Source: Mytilus californianus (taxonomy: Eukaryota). Taken from it: 64,000 nt of DNA. Below are positions 27,901 through 39,759 of the stretch, in pieces (positions within the stretch are counted from its first letter, which is position 1; each line of letters opens with the position of its first letter). The notes below the pieces were generated by a model. That model was not told the origin of the DNA. It was given only the letters and a program-made list of their open reading frames with translations, and did not search any database. The DNA lies in contig NW_026262734.1 in assembly GCF_021869535.1 (NCBI RefSeq), forward strand, positions 94,426,001 to 94,490,000, in the 5' to 3' direction. The position numbers were made by a program, and so were the translations under genes.

Positions 27901-30900
27901 AATTTAAAAATTATTATATTTCACTGTGGTATCATAGGTTCATTATATTTTATTTGTCTTAACTATCACGTTTGATTACCTTGGTACATATTTTCATAGT
28001 TCTAATATAGTCAATAACTTTTTTTCTGGTATGTGCGTGCATGGGTCCTGATACACCAGATTCTTTTTTATTCAAAAATCTGTACACAGCCTGTAAATCA
28101 AATCATTTATATTTAGTTCATGTCTTAAAGATTCTTGATAATAATAATTAAACATTGTCTTGAATATATCATGACTAATTATTTTTCAACAAGATAATAT
28201 TTGATCTATGAAAGTATTAATGCGAAAGAGTCTATTTATTAATTTCAAAACTAACCTCAAGCTTATAAACACAAAAAAAAGATATAAAATGTTAAATCCA
28301 ATGCAATTAATACTTATTGATCCAAAAGAGTGAAACTTCACAGAATAACTCTCATTTAATAACTGATTTTTTTCCCATAAAGAATAAGGTAAAATGTATG
28401 ATACATATATTGAATAATATAATACCTGTAAAACATGAAACCAGCAAAGTAAAACAGAGCTGTTTGGGAATACTTCATTAATTGCGCTGATTTCTTTGGT
28501 ATCTCTGTCTACCATAAAAGATCTAGTAAACAAAATGTAACACTGCAGTATCAACAATCTATATCTTTATCTCATATTGGTTTTATTCTATAATACTATT
28601 TGTTAATTTGTAAATAATTATGTAAATTCTTTTTTTTTTTATATCAATTAGATTTTTAATTTGTGATTAAAAAGTTTGGAAACAAGCCTAAAAAAGCTTT
28701 AATTATTATGTTATGTATAAACCTGACTATGCTTTAATCTTAAATGCTTTGGTTTTAAAGCCTTGCTATAGATCACACTCAAAAGATTTTAAGGAAATTG
28801 ATGTTTTTGTAAGTTTCATTAGTCCATTAGAAAAATATTATTATGCAAAAATTATTTATCTAATATTCTTTGCCAAAATTCAACTGAAATTATTGTGGAC
28901 CTTAATTGTATTAATTTTGATATGCATGAAAAAATGTTTCTTTAGATGAATCTTTCATAGCATTGTCTATTTGTCATTTCAAATAACTATCACTGCACGA
29001 ATATTTGAATAATGTCATAGTTTAACCTGTAATTTTTACAGCCAAATTAATTAAAACATATAATTGAATGGTATTTATTTATCTTTTATATCCATATCAG
29101 ATTTGATGTTGACTCCGAATAATGTTACTAATTGTAAACAAATAATAAGACGAAAATGAAAAGTGTTAATAAGCAATGATATTGAATTCGAAATATTGTC
29201 AACTTTGATACCCACAAACCTTGGACGGAAATCAAATCCATGATTTTCAGCCGTAGTCTTCAGAGATCTCAGAAATATTTTGACAACTTCACCAGTATCA
29301 TCTGACGAGATACAGTACGAAAGAGGAGTGCCTCGGCCTTGCTGTTCATCTCTTGCAACAAGAGCATAGAATGAATAACCATAGGCAGTTAATCCTTAAA
29401 ACAAACAAAAAACATGTTGTAAGTTTATTGTCACACAGTTCAATTCTTTTAAACGTATCAATATTTTAAATTGAAATTTCCATGATTATATACAAGTATA
29501 TACCTTTATATGTAGCATCTAAAAACACCACATTTTCTGCTAGTTTCACCATTCTTTTTCTTTGTGCTTCATTCTGGTAAATAATTACTAATGGCTGTAC
29601 TCCCCTACAATGTAAATGTTACATATTTAATGACCAAAAGTATGAGTATGAATTATATATTTTATGTTGAAATCATGTCCATTTAATGGAAAAGAAGACG
29701 ACAAACTAGCTACATTGTACTCATATTAAATAACCTCTATTAAAACTGAAAAAGACAAAAATGTAAAATATATTGACAAAATATATGACTTGTGAACAAG
29801 TGTAGCACTAAAAACACTCAAAAGGATAAAAACCAAAAATACAAATCATCTATTATGAGAAGTCAGATATACGTTCAGTCTACAGAAAACTCATCTGTAC
29901 AGCTCTCATTGAAACATTTTACAGACAAAATCATATACGAAATTGGACAGACGAGTACTATAAAAACTATTTGAACATAAGGCAATCCAGTCATGTCTGA
30001 AGAACAAAACAGGGTATCAATCAGTAATTTCAGAATTACTCTTTATCAGCATTATGCTTATATCAGTTATTAAAATTTACAAAAGTACATTATTATATAA
30101 GAATAATTACTCTTTCAATTCTTGGTAGAAAATTATCTCTTCCTTCAGTATTTGTGTGCATAGCTCGTGTACAGCTACAGCATCATTCTGGTGAATTATA
30201 AAACAAATGAGGAAATATCATAGATCAATACCAGTACTGACATATACAAAATCAATGTCAACAGTACATCTGTATAATTTGACCAGAAAACACCAAAGTT
30301 AATTTACTGTGTAAAGTGCATGTTTACAATCAGAATGGTAAAAAGATTAAAATGGTGAATAAAGTAATGATTTTAACAGACGAACCATTGGGTTTGCAAA
30401 CAGTGCATCAGTTTAAAGAACCACAAACCAAAGGCTGTATCTATAAATGTGATGGAGGTAACCAACGTCATTTCCAGTGTAAGGTACTAAATACAAAATG
30501 CTCTTTAAATTTCACTTTACTAAAGTATGTAGATGTAACAAGACGGAACCAAGGATATACTTTGTGTAAAGCTATCATTTTTTTTTAAATTGTCCAGATG
30601 TGACCAAAGTTGCGGTGAACAGTGGTAACCAAAGTCAATATATGTGTACGGTTTCAAAAGGGATATAGATTATATACATATCTAAAATAGACATAGGAAA
30701 CACAAGTATGATTAAGGTAGCCCTAGTCAATACCTGTGTATCATTATATATATGTTTCAGGTGACCAAAGTTAACAAAATGGTGAAAAGTTATTATCAAA
30801 TTCTACAAACATTTAAGGGTACAAGTGGCGACCCAGGTCCATATATGTGTTCATTAACCAGAGGTTACCAAAGTCTGTATATGTTAAGTGTTATCAGAGG

Positions 30901-33900
30901 TAGCAAAGTCTTTGTCAATATTAAGATTTGGTTCAAGTTATCAGAGGTAACTGAAGTCCGGATAATGTGTTATTTTTCGATGACTGGATACGTAGAGACA
31001 AATATAAAAAAGAAGATGTGGTTCGATGACTGGATACGTAGAGACAAATATAAAAAAGAAGATATGGTATGATTACCAATGAGACAACTATCCACAAAAG
31101 ACCAAAAATGACACAAACATTAACAACTATAGGTCACCATACGGCCTTCATCAATGAGCCTGTTTCTTTGGATTTTTTAGAAGAACAAAGTAGTAAGTAC
31201 ATATTTTAAGTAAATCTTTTGATTATGTTTTGATACCTTTTATCCATTTTGTAACGTTGACATATATTCTTAATGTCAACTGGTGTCAGATAGTATCTTC
31301 TATCGTGCACATCAAAATGCCCTTGATCTCTAGCCCATTTCCATGCTTTGCACAATATTTCCATGGGTTTTTTCCCCTATTGATAATGAAATAAAATTAA
31401 ATTCGTGTCAATTACAATTAATTTCAAATTTAGTTAAAATCTTTTTGAGCTTAAGGATTTTTTCAAATCAACACAAAATATGTCGTTGTATCAATATATG
31501 TCATTGTAAAAATATATGTCTTCTAGAATATTTTATCATCAATGCTATTCAGCTTTAAACTGGTTTTTTCATTAAAATATTTCATACAAGCGTCCGATAT
31601 TTATGTAAATGCATTAAATGACTCTCTGGCAAGCCAATTTTATCCTAATCATTTTATTTTTGATTTATTTCAACCTATTCATTCATTATAATCTTTGCAA
31701 ATTATGAAAAAATGCGCCGGAAGACAAACACAGACATCGAAAAGAACAGAATGGTTGAGAAAATATTAAACTCCAATAATGTCAGCATACACAATTTTTA
31801 TTATCATTGTGTTTATAAGAGTGCCAGCAACTTATAATTGAAAAATAAGTCAATTCGTTATGAGCAATAAATTATATATAATACCGACGACATGAATACC
31901 TGATCAAGTAAAGCATCTATATAAAGCAGTAAGCTGTGATCTGGGCGTGATTGGTGTTTTTCCTCTTTTATCTGTAAACTGTGTCCATTGTGTTTTAGTT
32001 GTTGCCGAATTATTACTGCTTTTTTACTCAAATGGGTCAAAAATCTGTGTAAGAAGATATTAACATGCCCTTTAATGATTTTTTTTTACATGTACAACGT
32101 CACTGGTTAGTACTGTTTTGCCAAACGTATCATTATTATATTTATTACAACAGCTTGTAAGCAATATTTAAGATCTATCGGACTTGAAGAAAAGGATTAT
32201 TTTTTCTAAAAATATGTGTAAGGCTACTTCGAATAACTGCTATGGTTGTTGTGTTCTCCTTGTAAATTGATAACTTATCATCAAAATGATATATACCAAA
32301 TTCTATATAATTTGATACAGGGATTCTTTATATAATAATTTCAACCATGACAGGGTGTATTGACCCGCTCATCACATGAAATGTCAGGTAAACTAGCCAG
32401 AAACTCATGAATGGTGTATGCCCGGTGAATACCTGTTTAAATGTGTTTGGTTTAGTAATATGATAAATGCATTTAATTCCCACTCTCAAGACACGGACAA
32501 AAGGTTGCTTAACTACAACAAGGATGTTAGGATCAATAAATAATGATGTTCAAACGCTTAAAAGTTATAAATTAATTTATAGTTTTGCATCATAAAAGAA
32601 AAGTAAAAGAGATAAATGAATATTACATTAACATAACATACTGGAATGACACATATGCCTGACAATTATTTGCCCTGGTATTCAAAGGACCTGTTTTTTT
32701 TCCTCTTGGTTTATTACATCTAAAATAAACATGATAAAATTTAAACAAATATGCATCTTAACTTTATAGATAACCAAAGAGAAAAATGTTGTGCAATATT
32801 TCAGAAAATTCATAGTTCAATACGTTTAAAAGCTTTCGGAACTATCTGTTATTAAAGGCCATACTATAATTACTGTATAAACTATAACACAAAACGTATA
32901 TTATTGAAAAAAAGCAAGAGAATAACATACAACCAGAAGTCAAGATTATACAACTCATCTCTTTCAAAACTATACCAATATTATTTTCTGTCACAAATGT
33001 ATCTTTTAACTCAGCATTGTCTTGCAAAGTTGATATGCAAGATATGTAAATAGATTCTTTAAGAATGTTTACGATTGTTACTTAAGTTGTTCTCTTTTTC
33101 TATTTATTGTTTATTTGGAGAAAAACAAGAGTGAATTTATTTCAAGATAAAATTCCTTTATAGATTATCGACTTAGATGATTAAAGTTACCTTTCACACC
33201 TGTATTGCAATGTGGTTTTATTTGCTTTCCTGTGAATAAAATTCCCTGTGATTGTTATATCCATTAAATGCTTGGTTATGACGTCTTCGTTGTCCACTTC
33301 ATTTCTGTTGAATGATAAGCAAAAACTGAAGCCAAAGTCACAAATGCTAGCTGATAAAACACAACAATATGTTTCAGTGTAATAGTGTGACCAAAAATTC
33401 ATCCATATATTCAGAAACATTGGAAAGAGTTACACCATAGTATAATAGACTTAAATTGTCCCCCAAAAAATAGAGTTCTTAAAAATGATCCCTTTGTTAA
33501 TACAGTGATTTTTATATTTTGTAAGACTATTTGAAGTTCAGTAAAATTATTCTGAATAACAAACAGAGTTATTTTTCAATAATCTGAAGGTATATGTTTT
33601 GCTGTGATAGATATTTATTTTCTTTTAATTCTATTGAAACCATTAGGTCATAGGAAGAAGGTAGCATATAGAAATTAGTTGATTTCAAAACTATATATTT
33701 TCGATTAAAATAAAATTTCCCATACCTTAAACGTCTAACAATGCAATCAGTACCATTTTTCCGTTTTTTGATGAAGGTGGATCTCACAAACTCTACGAAT
33801 GGCATATCTAGGGTAAGAAAAGCATATGTATTGCTATGTAGTAACACTAGTTTACTTGTTATAAATTTAAAAACAAATGATGACATCGATGAAAAATACC

Positions 33901-36900
33901 AACAAACGACCTCTGCACAATAAAATTAACGGTACCAATTTTCTTGCACCAGATGCGCATTTCGACAATACATGTCTCTTCAGTGATGCTCGTTGCCAAA
34001 TTATTTGAAATCCAAAGCTTATATAAAAGATGAAGAGCTATAATCCAAAAGGTCCAAAAAGTATAGCCAAATCCGTGAAAGAAATCAGAGCTTTGCATGA
34101 GGGAGATACATTCCTTAATTTATAATAATTTCTAATATTTTGTAACAGCAAATTTTAATAACACAAAAAAATAGTTGCATATAATATATTTGAACGTTTC
34201 AACAGGCGCAAACCTGCACATTACACGTAAAACAGCAGTAAAACATTAAAAGAAAAGACGCACTATAAAAGCAAATAATGGAAAATGGCTTAACTCTGAC
34301 AAAACAATTAACGAGTTACAAAAAATACAATTATAAACACAGTATTAATACAATAATAAAACGCATTTGCAGTATAACATAGACGTTACAGTTAATAATA
34401 AAAAAGGAGGACACATGATACAACTATTGCGACAAAATGACGTTAGATAAACCACTTTAAATTTCGCATGTAAAGTCAAATTTAAGTATAATAATTTTGT
34501 CGTTGGAAGTACGGAGAAATGGAAATAAAATGTGTTTTAAATGCATTGTTGACTTTCGAAAAGCCTTCGATAAAGTCATGCTCATTGGTAGTATCTATAA
34601 ACTGCAACTTTATAATACAACTAATTATTTTTTATAGAATATTGACGTCTATGTATACTAATGGTAGGTTATGTATAAAAGTGGATGATAAAATGACTTT
34701 TACTTTTTATAATAAAATTGAGAATAAAAATGGGGAATGTGTCAAAGAGACAACAACCCGACCGTAGAAAAATACAACAGCAGAAGTTCACCAACAGGTC
34801 TTCAATGTAGCGAGAAATTCCTGCTAATTATAAGTTATTCAAATCATTTTAAAATCACTGATGATAAGTATGGCTAGTGAACATTTCCGAAGGAACAATA
34901 TTGTACCTTCAACATCATGTGTCATGTTATAGTTGCTGAGTTCTTCGTTGCACACATCAACAGGAATAAAAAGGTTATCATCATTTGTTGCATGCTTATC
35001 ATTCGTGTGGTGATCAAGTTTGCCACTGTCACCTAAAATTTGTTGTATAAACGTTACAATTAACAAAAAAACGTAATAATTTATAATTAATACTAGTTTA
35101 TCTGTTAAAATAAAGCTTTTTTGCATCTGAATGTATTTGCCAATTAGAAAAACTTTGCCTCTAATGCTGATTGATATCAATGCAGTAATTATGCAATCAA
35201 ATTATGTAAAGTAAACTTATATAAATATCACATTTACAATACTTCCTTTAATATTTTTCTTTTTCAAAAACAGTCTACAGTGAAAAAACGTAAAACGATT
35301 TAAGGTAGATCATTACTGAATTTTTTTCTCAGACATAATTTTCTTATACATAGCCACAATTTAGTAGAAAATCAAAAGAAAAAGGGTGAAAATAAATCTC
35401 GTTTTCTTGCGAAAAATGGAAATTTCATTATCATTCCTTTAAAGAAAATTCACCAAATAAGTTATCTTCCGTTAATTAGCTCAGTTGACAAATTGAATCA
35501 AACAAAGACTGATAGCCGGTTTTTACAATAACACTTATTTTTTCAATGATATAATGCACTTATTTACATTTATCAAACAAGAGTTTTAAAAATGAATAGC
35601 ATTTATGTCTCAAAATTTGCAGTTTTAAATAAAGAACTTTGTCGCTTGTGTGCTGCTATTTTACAATTCAAGATGGCGATATACAGATATATAGTGATGA
35701 TCTACCTAATTCAAAGATATAAGGCTTAAAAATGTGTTCCGTCTACGTAAGACTCATTAGGGTCGCTCCTATCGAAAATGTGAAAATGCCTAATGAAGAA
35801 CAAAGTTAAAGTAAACTTATTTCATTTCGTTTTGCCAAAAACAATTTGATAAAATATCAAATATATAAATATGGACATTTTACTGATTCTATGGTATTTA
35901 TCCCTTTCTGAGCACAATATTGATCAACATTTTACCAAACGTGGGTCATTTGATCGAAGTCCTTCCTTAGTCGAAATATAATAATGACGACAAATATTTT
36001 GCTTTCCTCTGAATTTTATATAATGACGTCATTGGAATAGGTGATCATGCCCGATGAAGTCAGACAAGAAGAGCATGACTTTTTGTAAATAATCTAAACA
36101 AATTATCAAATTTTATTGGAATCATTAGATTAACAGATTCCACAACTATATCTCGTGTTATAAGATATTTCCCAACTATCAACCGTAGACATTATTTTTT
36201 TAACATAGATTTACATATGCGTTACTTTAAACTATAACTGTAAAGGTATCTCTTTATGAGAGATAATCATAAATTATATAATTTCTATTATCAGTTACCT
36301 TTTGGCTGGAGTGACTGGTAGTGGTTTTCGAAAATGTGCCCAAGAAGAATAGGATTACCGGAAAAACCATCACAACCAGTTACCCAAAGGACACTATCCT
36401 CATTATTGGTACTGGGAGCACTGGTGACAATAATTATGTCTCTCTGTAGCATTCTGGACATTCCAATGACCACAACATGGTCTGCGTACTCTCCATTCTG
36501 TAACATCCTGTCACAGTAGTCCGGAAAATTGTCTTCAACGAAGTTTTCTAATAACACAATGCCTTGACTGCCCTATTGATTGAAAGAAAGCTACTTACAT
36601 AAGTCTTTATTAACTACTGTACATTGAAATTGATTAATACAAAACAAATACTTTTATAACTACATTTTATCAAAAATCATCATGATCATAACATACATTT
36701 TTTATTTATTTTATTGTTTTTTGTCAATACCTATTATTTAGCATTGTACTATATTAACTGTAAATGATTTATTTAAACATCTGCAGAAAAAAGCATTCTG
36801 GTTGATATGAAAGTCTTAACTGATGCTTATTCTTTTATCAGTTTGTAAATCTTTAAATATTAAATTGCATTAATCACAGGTATTACGGGCAGTTACGTCA

Positions 36901-39146
36901 ATTCCAAATTAATATTCTGTCGGAAGTAGTTTTGATGGTATTTGTGTGTTAATAGCTTCTTAACTGATTTAAATCATATATTTAAGTTGTGCTGATGCGC
37001 CACTAACGTTGCCAACGGTTCTGATTTGTCCCCTGAAAACATGTCCAACTAATTCTTTATGTTTCTGTCCATGGAGGAGTTTGATAATTAGTGAATGTAT
37101 TTAACAAGTTAATTAGTTTACCTCAAAACTAGGATGTGTTGATATGTAGTTTACAACATTTGTTCTTAATTGTTCGGGAGCAATAACGTCTGCGCCAATT
37201 CTATCTAGCTGGCATGTGATTGCTTCAAAAAAACAATTCCCATTCCCTGGTGTTTGACCTCTGTATTCTAAGCCATGGGATGAACAGTTCCTCTTAAGTC
37301 TCTCAACTATTAATGTTTGTTCCTCGTTTGAAGCTATGGATTGCTTTATAGCAATTTGTAGTTCATCAGGTGTTTGGAATGATTTCCCTTAATATTAGAA
37401 TATAAGGTTAAAATTTCTTCACTTCAAATTTACAGCTAAATGACATTGTTTATACATACTTATGTGTATTCAATTGTAATAAAACGTATCATTGAAAATA
37501 TTACTTGTTTATTCAGGGATCATTTGACAGATTTGTTAAGAGTGATATGATTCTGGGTAAACTCTGAATTTTACAATAAAATTTGAATTATGATTCTTTC
37601 ATTTCTTTGTGAGGTTGTTGACATTCACCTCTTTAGAATTATAAATTAACTTTTTCAGACCTTCTGCTCTGAAATATTTGTATCACAGAAGTCTGACATT
37701 TTTGGCTATTCATAAATTTATTCAAAAACAATATTTGACTTTGTTATTCATGATTATTGAAAGCTATGATAATATGCTGGTGGTTGACTGGTTTTGTGTA
37801 AATTATTTTGTTTTGAATTAAACAAATAAAATGAAGATACAGAGCCAAAAACATTCTAAAATTTGAATGATGGCAGCAGCTAGATGCATGTAATTGGTAT
37901 TGACATTTTGTTTTAGAAAATGTGTGTGTAGGTGTGTATGTGTGTTGGTGTGTTGGTGTGTGTATGTGTGTTGGTGTGTTGGTGTGTATGTGGGTGTGCT
38001 GGTATGTGTGTGTGGGGAGGTAAAAATTTGATATGAATCCTTTCTTTTTACTAATAAAGGGCATCATAAGAAAATTGAAATAAAACACTGATCAGTATTA
38101 AGTGAACTGCCAAAGTGTGTTATGTACACTAGTTTTTAGATAATAAACAAATGATAAAGTAAGGAATAAACCGCAAACCAATTCCGTGGAATGATGTTTG
38201 TCTTGTTCCCGATTTTGTGTTTATTGTCGTGGCTTTGTCAATTTGGTTATGACAAGTGGATTTGATTAAGTGCCTTTTGAATTTTCTGTTTTTCAGTTTC
38301 CAATTTGCGTGCCAACAGATATATTCAACTACAAAAGTCTACAGTATTAACATAAAAATAACACTACTGTGTTATAAATGTATATCTATAATATAATACA
38401 GATAAAGAAATAAATCACCTGATGCTAAGCATATCTTTTCTTTCATCTCATTTGCTTTTTCTGTTAAGGTTTGTGCGTGGCGAAGAATATACTGTTTTGA
38501 ATTTGTATCACATGCTAAAATGGTAGGGAAATATAATATTTGTGCGTGTAATTTCCTAGAATAAATCATATTTTTTCAATTTGCATATGTACACAAAAAA
38601 ACAAAAACAGTAACAATTTTCGATTTGTTGGAATAAGATACTAATTTTGAAACACTTTTAAAAAAAATATATACGCAGTCGCTGAGCCATTACAAATTGG
38701 CCAAGGATAATTGATCGTAGCTGAATAAAGTTTTAAAAAATGAAGAGCATATTATCCATGCCATCGGTCGTTGTAAAATATTTAGCATAAAAGGTCAATC
38801 CGTGGTAAAATCAGTATAAATTCAAGCCTAAATGAATTATTTCTCAATTGTATGATCTAAACAGCGTAATCTATACAATACTGTATGAAAAATATCACGA
38901 CATTTGTGGCGGTTTGGGCATAAATGAGAAAACACAATTCATACCCAATTCTCTGGCTTTTTTCTCCAAAGAGGTTGCCTCAATATATATGGCTTCAATC
39001 TGTTTTTTAACTTCTTCCTTTTCTTCATGTCGCAATTCATGGAGGTCTTCCAAATTAAAGTTTTCCAAACCTGTAAGATATGGAAATGGCGGAATAAATA
39101 ACGATGTTTCAAATATACACCGCGATAATGTATCATAATTTGACAT
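24984..39146 (-). CDS. OTU-domain-fused MULE transposase (UIM-like, OTU, WRKY/GCM1-like Zn, DDE, SWIM, SWIM-like), 19 exons, ~1,084 aa if two 1-nt lesions are corrected
   Basis: Exons (minus): 39146-38945, 38514-38419, 37387-37122, 36572-36299, 35032-34907, 33807-33726, 33304-33191, 32719-32642, 32044-31900, 31376-31237, 30197-30111, 29604-29504, 29394-29220, 28522-28426, 28090-27980, 27313-27144, 26628-26527, 26319-26093, 25646-25189 (or to 24984 with one A fewer in an A9 run). All intron phases match. All introns are GT-AG except the acceptor at 30198-30199, which reads AT. Motifs: PGNGNCFFEA...HYQS (OTU); YRCERC...C...HNGH; FLDATYK, FMVDRD, CWFH, TNNLVE (MULE); CNC-x8-CKH (SWIM). The ATG at 39146 may be preceded by an unseen upstream exon. 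Confidence 0.88.
25189..26319 (-). CDS. Tandem SWIM and SWIM-like Zn fingers, C-terminal exons of the transposase
   Basis: YNVDIVNEVCNCPAATTRGMCKH spans the 26093/25646 junction. It is followed by VVNLTSFKCTCFANSHGKHCVC. Confidence 0.85.
27144..29604 (-). CDS. MULE transposase DDE catalytic core exons
   Basis: VVFLDATYKGLTAYGYSFYALVARDEQQGRGTPLSYCI (D at 29517-29519); SFMVDRDTKEISAINEVFPNSSVLLCWFHVLQA (D at 28507-28509, CxxH); NW...WANYGR...DTNNLVER (E at 27146-27148). Confidence 0.93.
30595..30960 (-). repeat. Degenerate 36-bp minisatellite, reverse orientation, in a transposase intron
   Basis: gtgaccaaagtt, gtggtaaccaaag, ggtgaccaaagttaac and taaccagaggttaccaaag are reverse-complement variants of the core. 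Confidence 0.6.
31900..33304 (-). CDS. WRKY/GCM1 (FAR1-like) Zn DNA-binding domain exons of the transposase
   Basis: Exons 33304-33191, 32719-32642 and 32044-31900 splice to QYRCERCNKPRGKKTGPLNTRANNCQAYVSFQFLTHLSKKAVIIRQQLKHNGH. This is the C..C..H..H pattern typical upstream of MULE catalytic domains. Confidence 0.7.
33895..34170 (-). mobile_element. Short hammerhead-bearing interspersed repeat (retrozyme or PLE pLTR derivative) inserted in a transposase intron
   Basis: An ~280-bp segment around the ribozyme, unrelated to the flanking exon or minisatellite sequence. Boundaries are approximate. Confidence 0.5.
33946..33989 (-). ncRNA. Minimal type I hammerhead ribozyme (Penelope/retrozyme-type), intact core
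   Basis: Minus strand reads gcatca CTGAAGA gac atgtatt gtc GAA ATGCGCAT C tggtgc. It has a CUGANGA core, 3-bp stem II, GAAA, palindromic stem III (AUGCGCAU), AUC cleavage triplet and a 6-bp stem I (gcatca/tggtgc). Confidence 0.8.
35300..35709. mobile_element. MITE with short TIRs (Kolobok-like, TTAA context) in a transposase intron
   Basis: ttaaggtagatcat at 35300-35313 and atgatctacctaa at 35697-35709 are reverse complements apart from one base. Confidence 0.5.
36299..37387 (-). CDS. OTU-like cysteine protease (deubiquitinase) domain exons of the transposase gene, preceded by a UIM-like motif
   Basis: Exon 37387-37122 encodes KSFQTPDELQIAIKQSIASNEEQ...GQTPGNGNCFFEAITCQL...EQLRTNVVNYI (Cys codon 37233-37235). 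Exon 36572-36299 encodes ...DRMLQNGEYADHVVV...LLGHIFENHYQSL (His codon 36321-36323). The junction is phase 0. Confidence 0.88.
37920..38013. repeat. Compound (TG)n/(TGTTGGTG)n microsatellite
   Basis: Visible TG-rich low-complexity tract. Confidence 0.9.
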
Positions 39147-39759
39147 TCCTTAACTATAATTTTGGAATTTGTGCAGTTTTTCTAGTTTTTGAAGTATTTG
39201 ATTTGTACTATCAACCCTACGTTTCGAATTCTGATTTTAGGAATTGAATATTGGTCTTAATATGACCTCTACTATGATTAATGAAATAATTATGTTTGAA
39301 ACTGTAACCATTACCTTCAAAATCGCCTGTTACACCTGTCATATTTCCTCTATTTAATTCACGAACAAAAAACCCTGTAATGAGAATGTGAAATATATCA
39401 TATTTATTTTTAAAATGTCAACAAAATCTTTTTTTTTATTAATTGTATATAACCGGAGAAACCATGAGACCCCTTAAAAGTCATATAATTATATATAGGA
39501 TGAACAGATTTAACCAAAATGAATTGCAGTTCAGGGTAATAAGAGGTTGCCTAAGACATTATTTGCGTCAGATTACCAAAAGTAAATAAATTATAGGATG
39601 GGTATCCAGAGATATCCATAATCATTATCTGTTTATGATGAGCAATATTCATATTCAATATAAATGTTGCGGGAAGTGTTAACCAAATTTAACATCTGGA
39701 TAGTGTGAAACGAGATAATCGATGCCAATAAAGATTCATTAATTATGAATTGTGACCAG

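Noticed and set aside
30979-31070. 46-bp tandem duplication at the edge of a short-repeat insertion
   Set aside because: Ordinary insertion-junction duplication in an intron, with no further significance evident.
32842-33027. Minus-strand ORF QDNAELKDTFVTEN as a transposase exon
   Set aside because: Phase mismatch with exon 33191; exon 32719-32642 supplies the expected Cys-containing segment in the correct phase.
37650-37705. Minus-strand MSDFCDTNISEQK mini-exon as an alternative start
   Set aside because: It ends in phase 0 whereas the OTU exon needs phase 1.
37744-38088. His/Thr-rich minus-strand ORF
   Set aside because: Translation of a TG-rich microsatellite in an intron.
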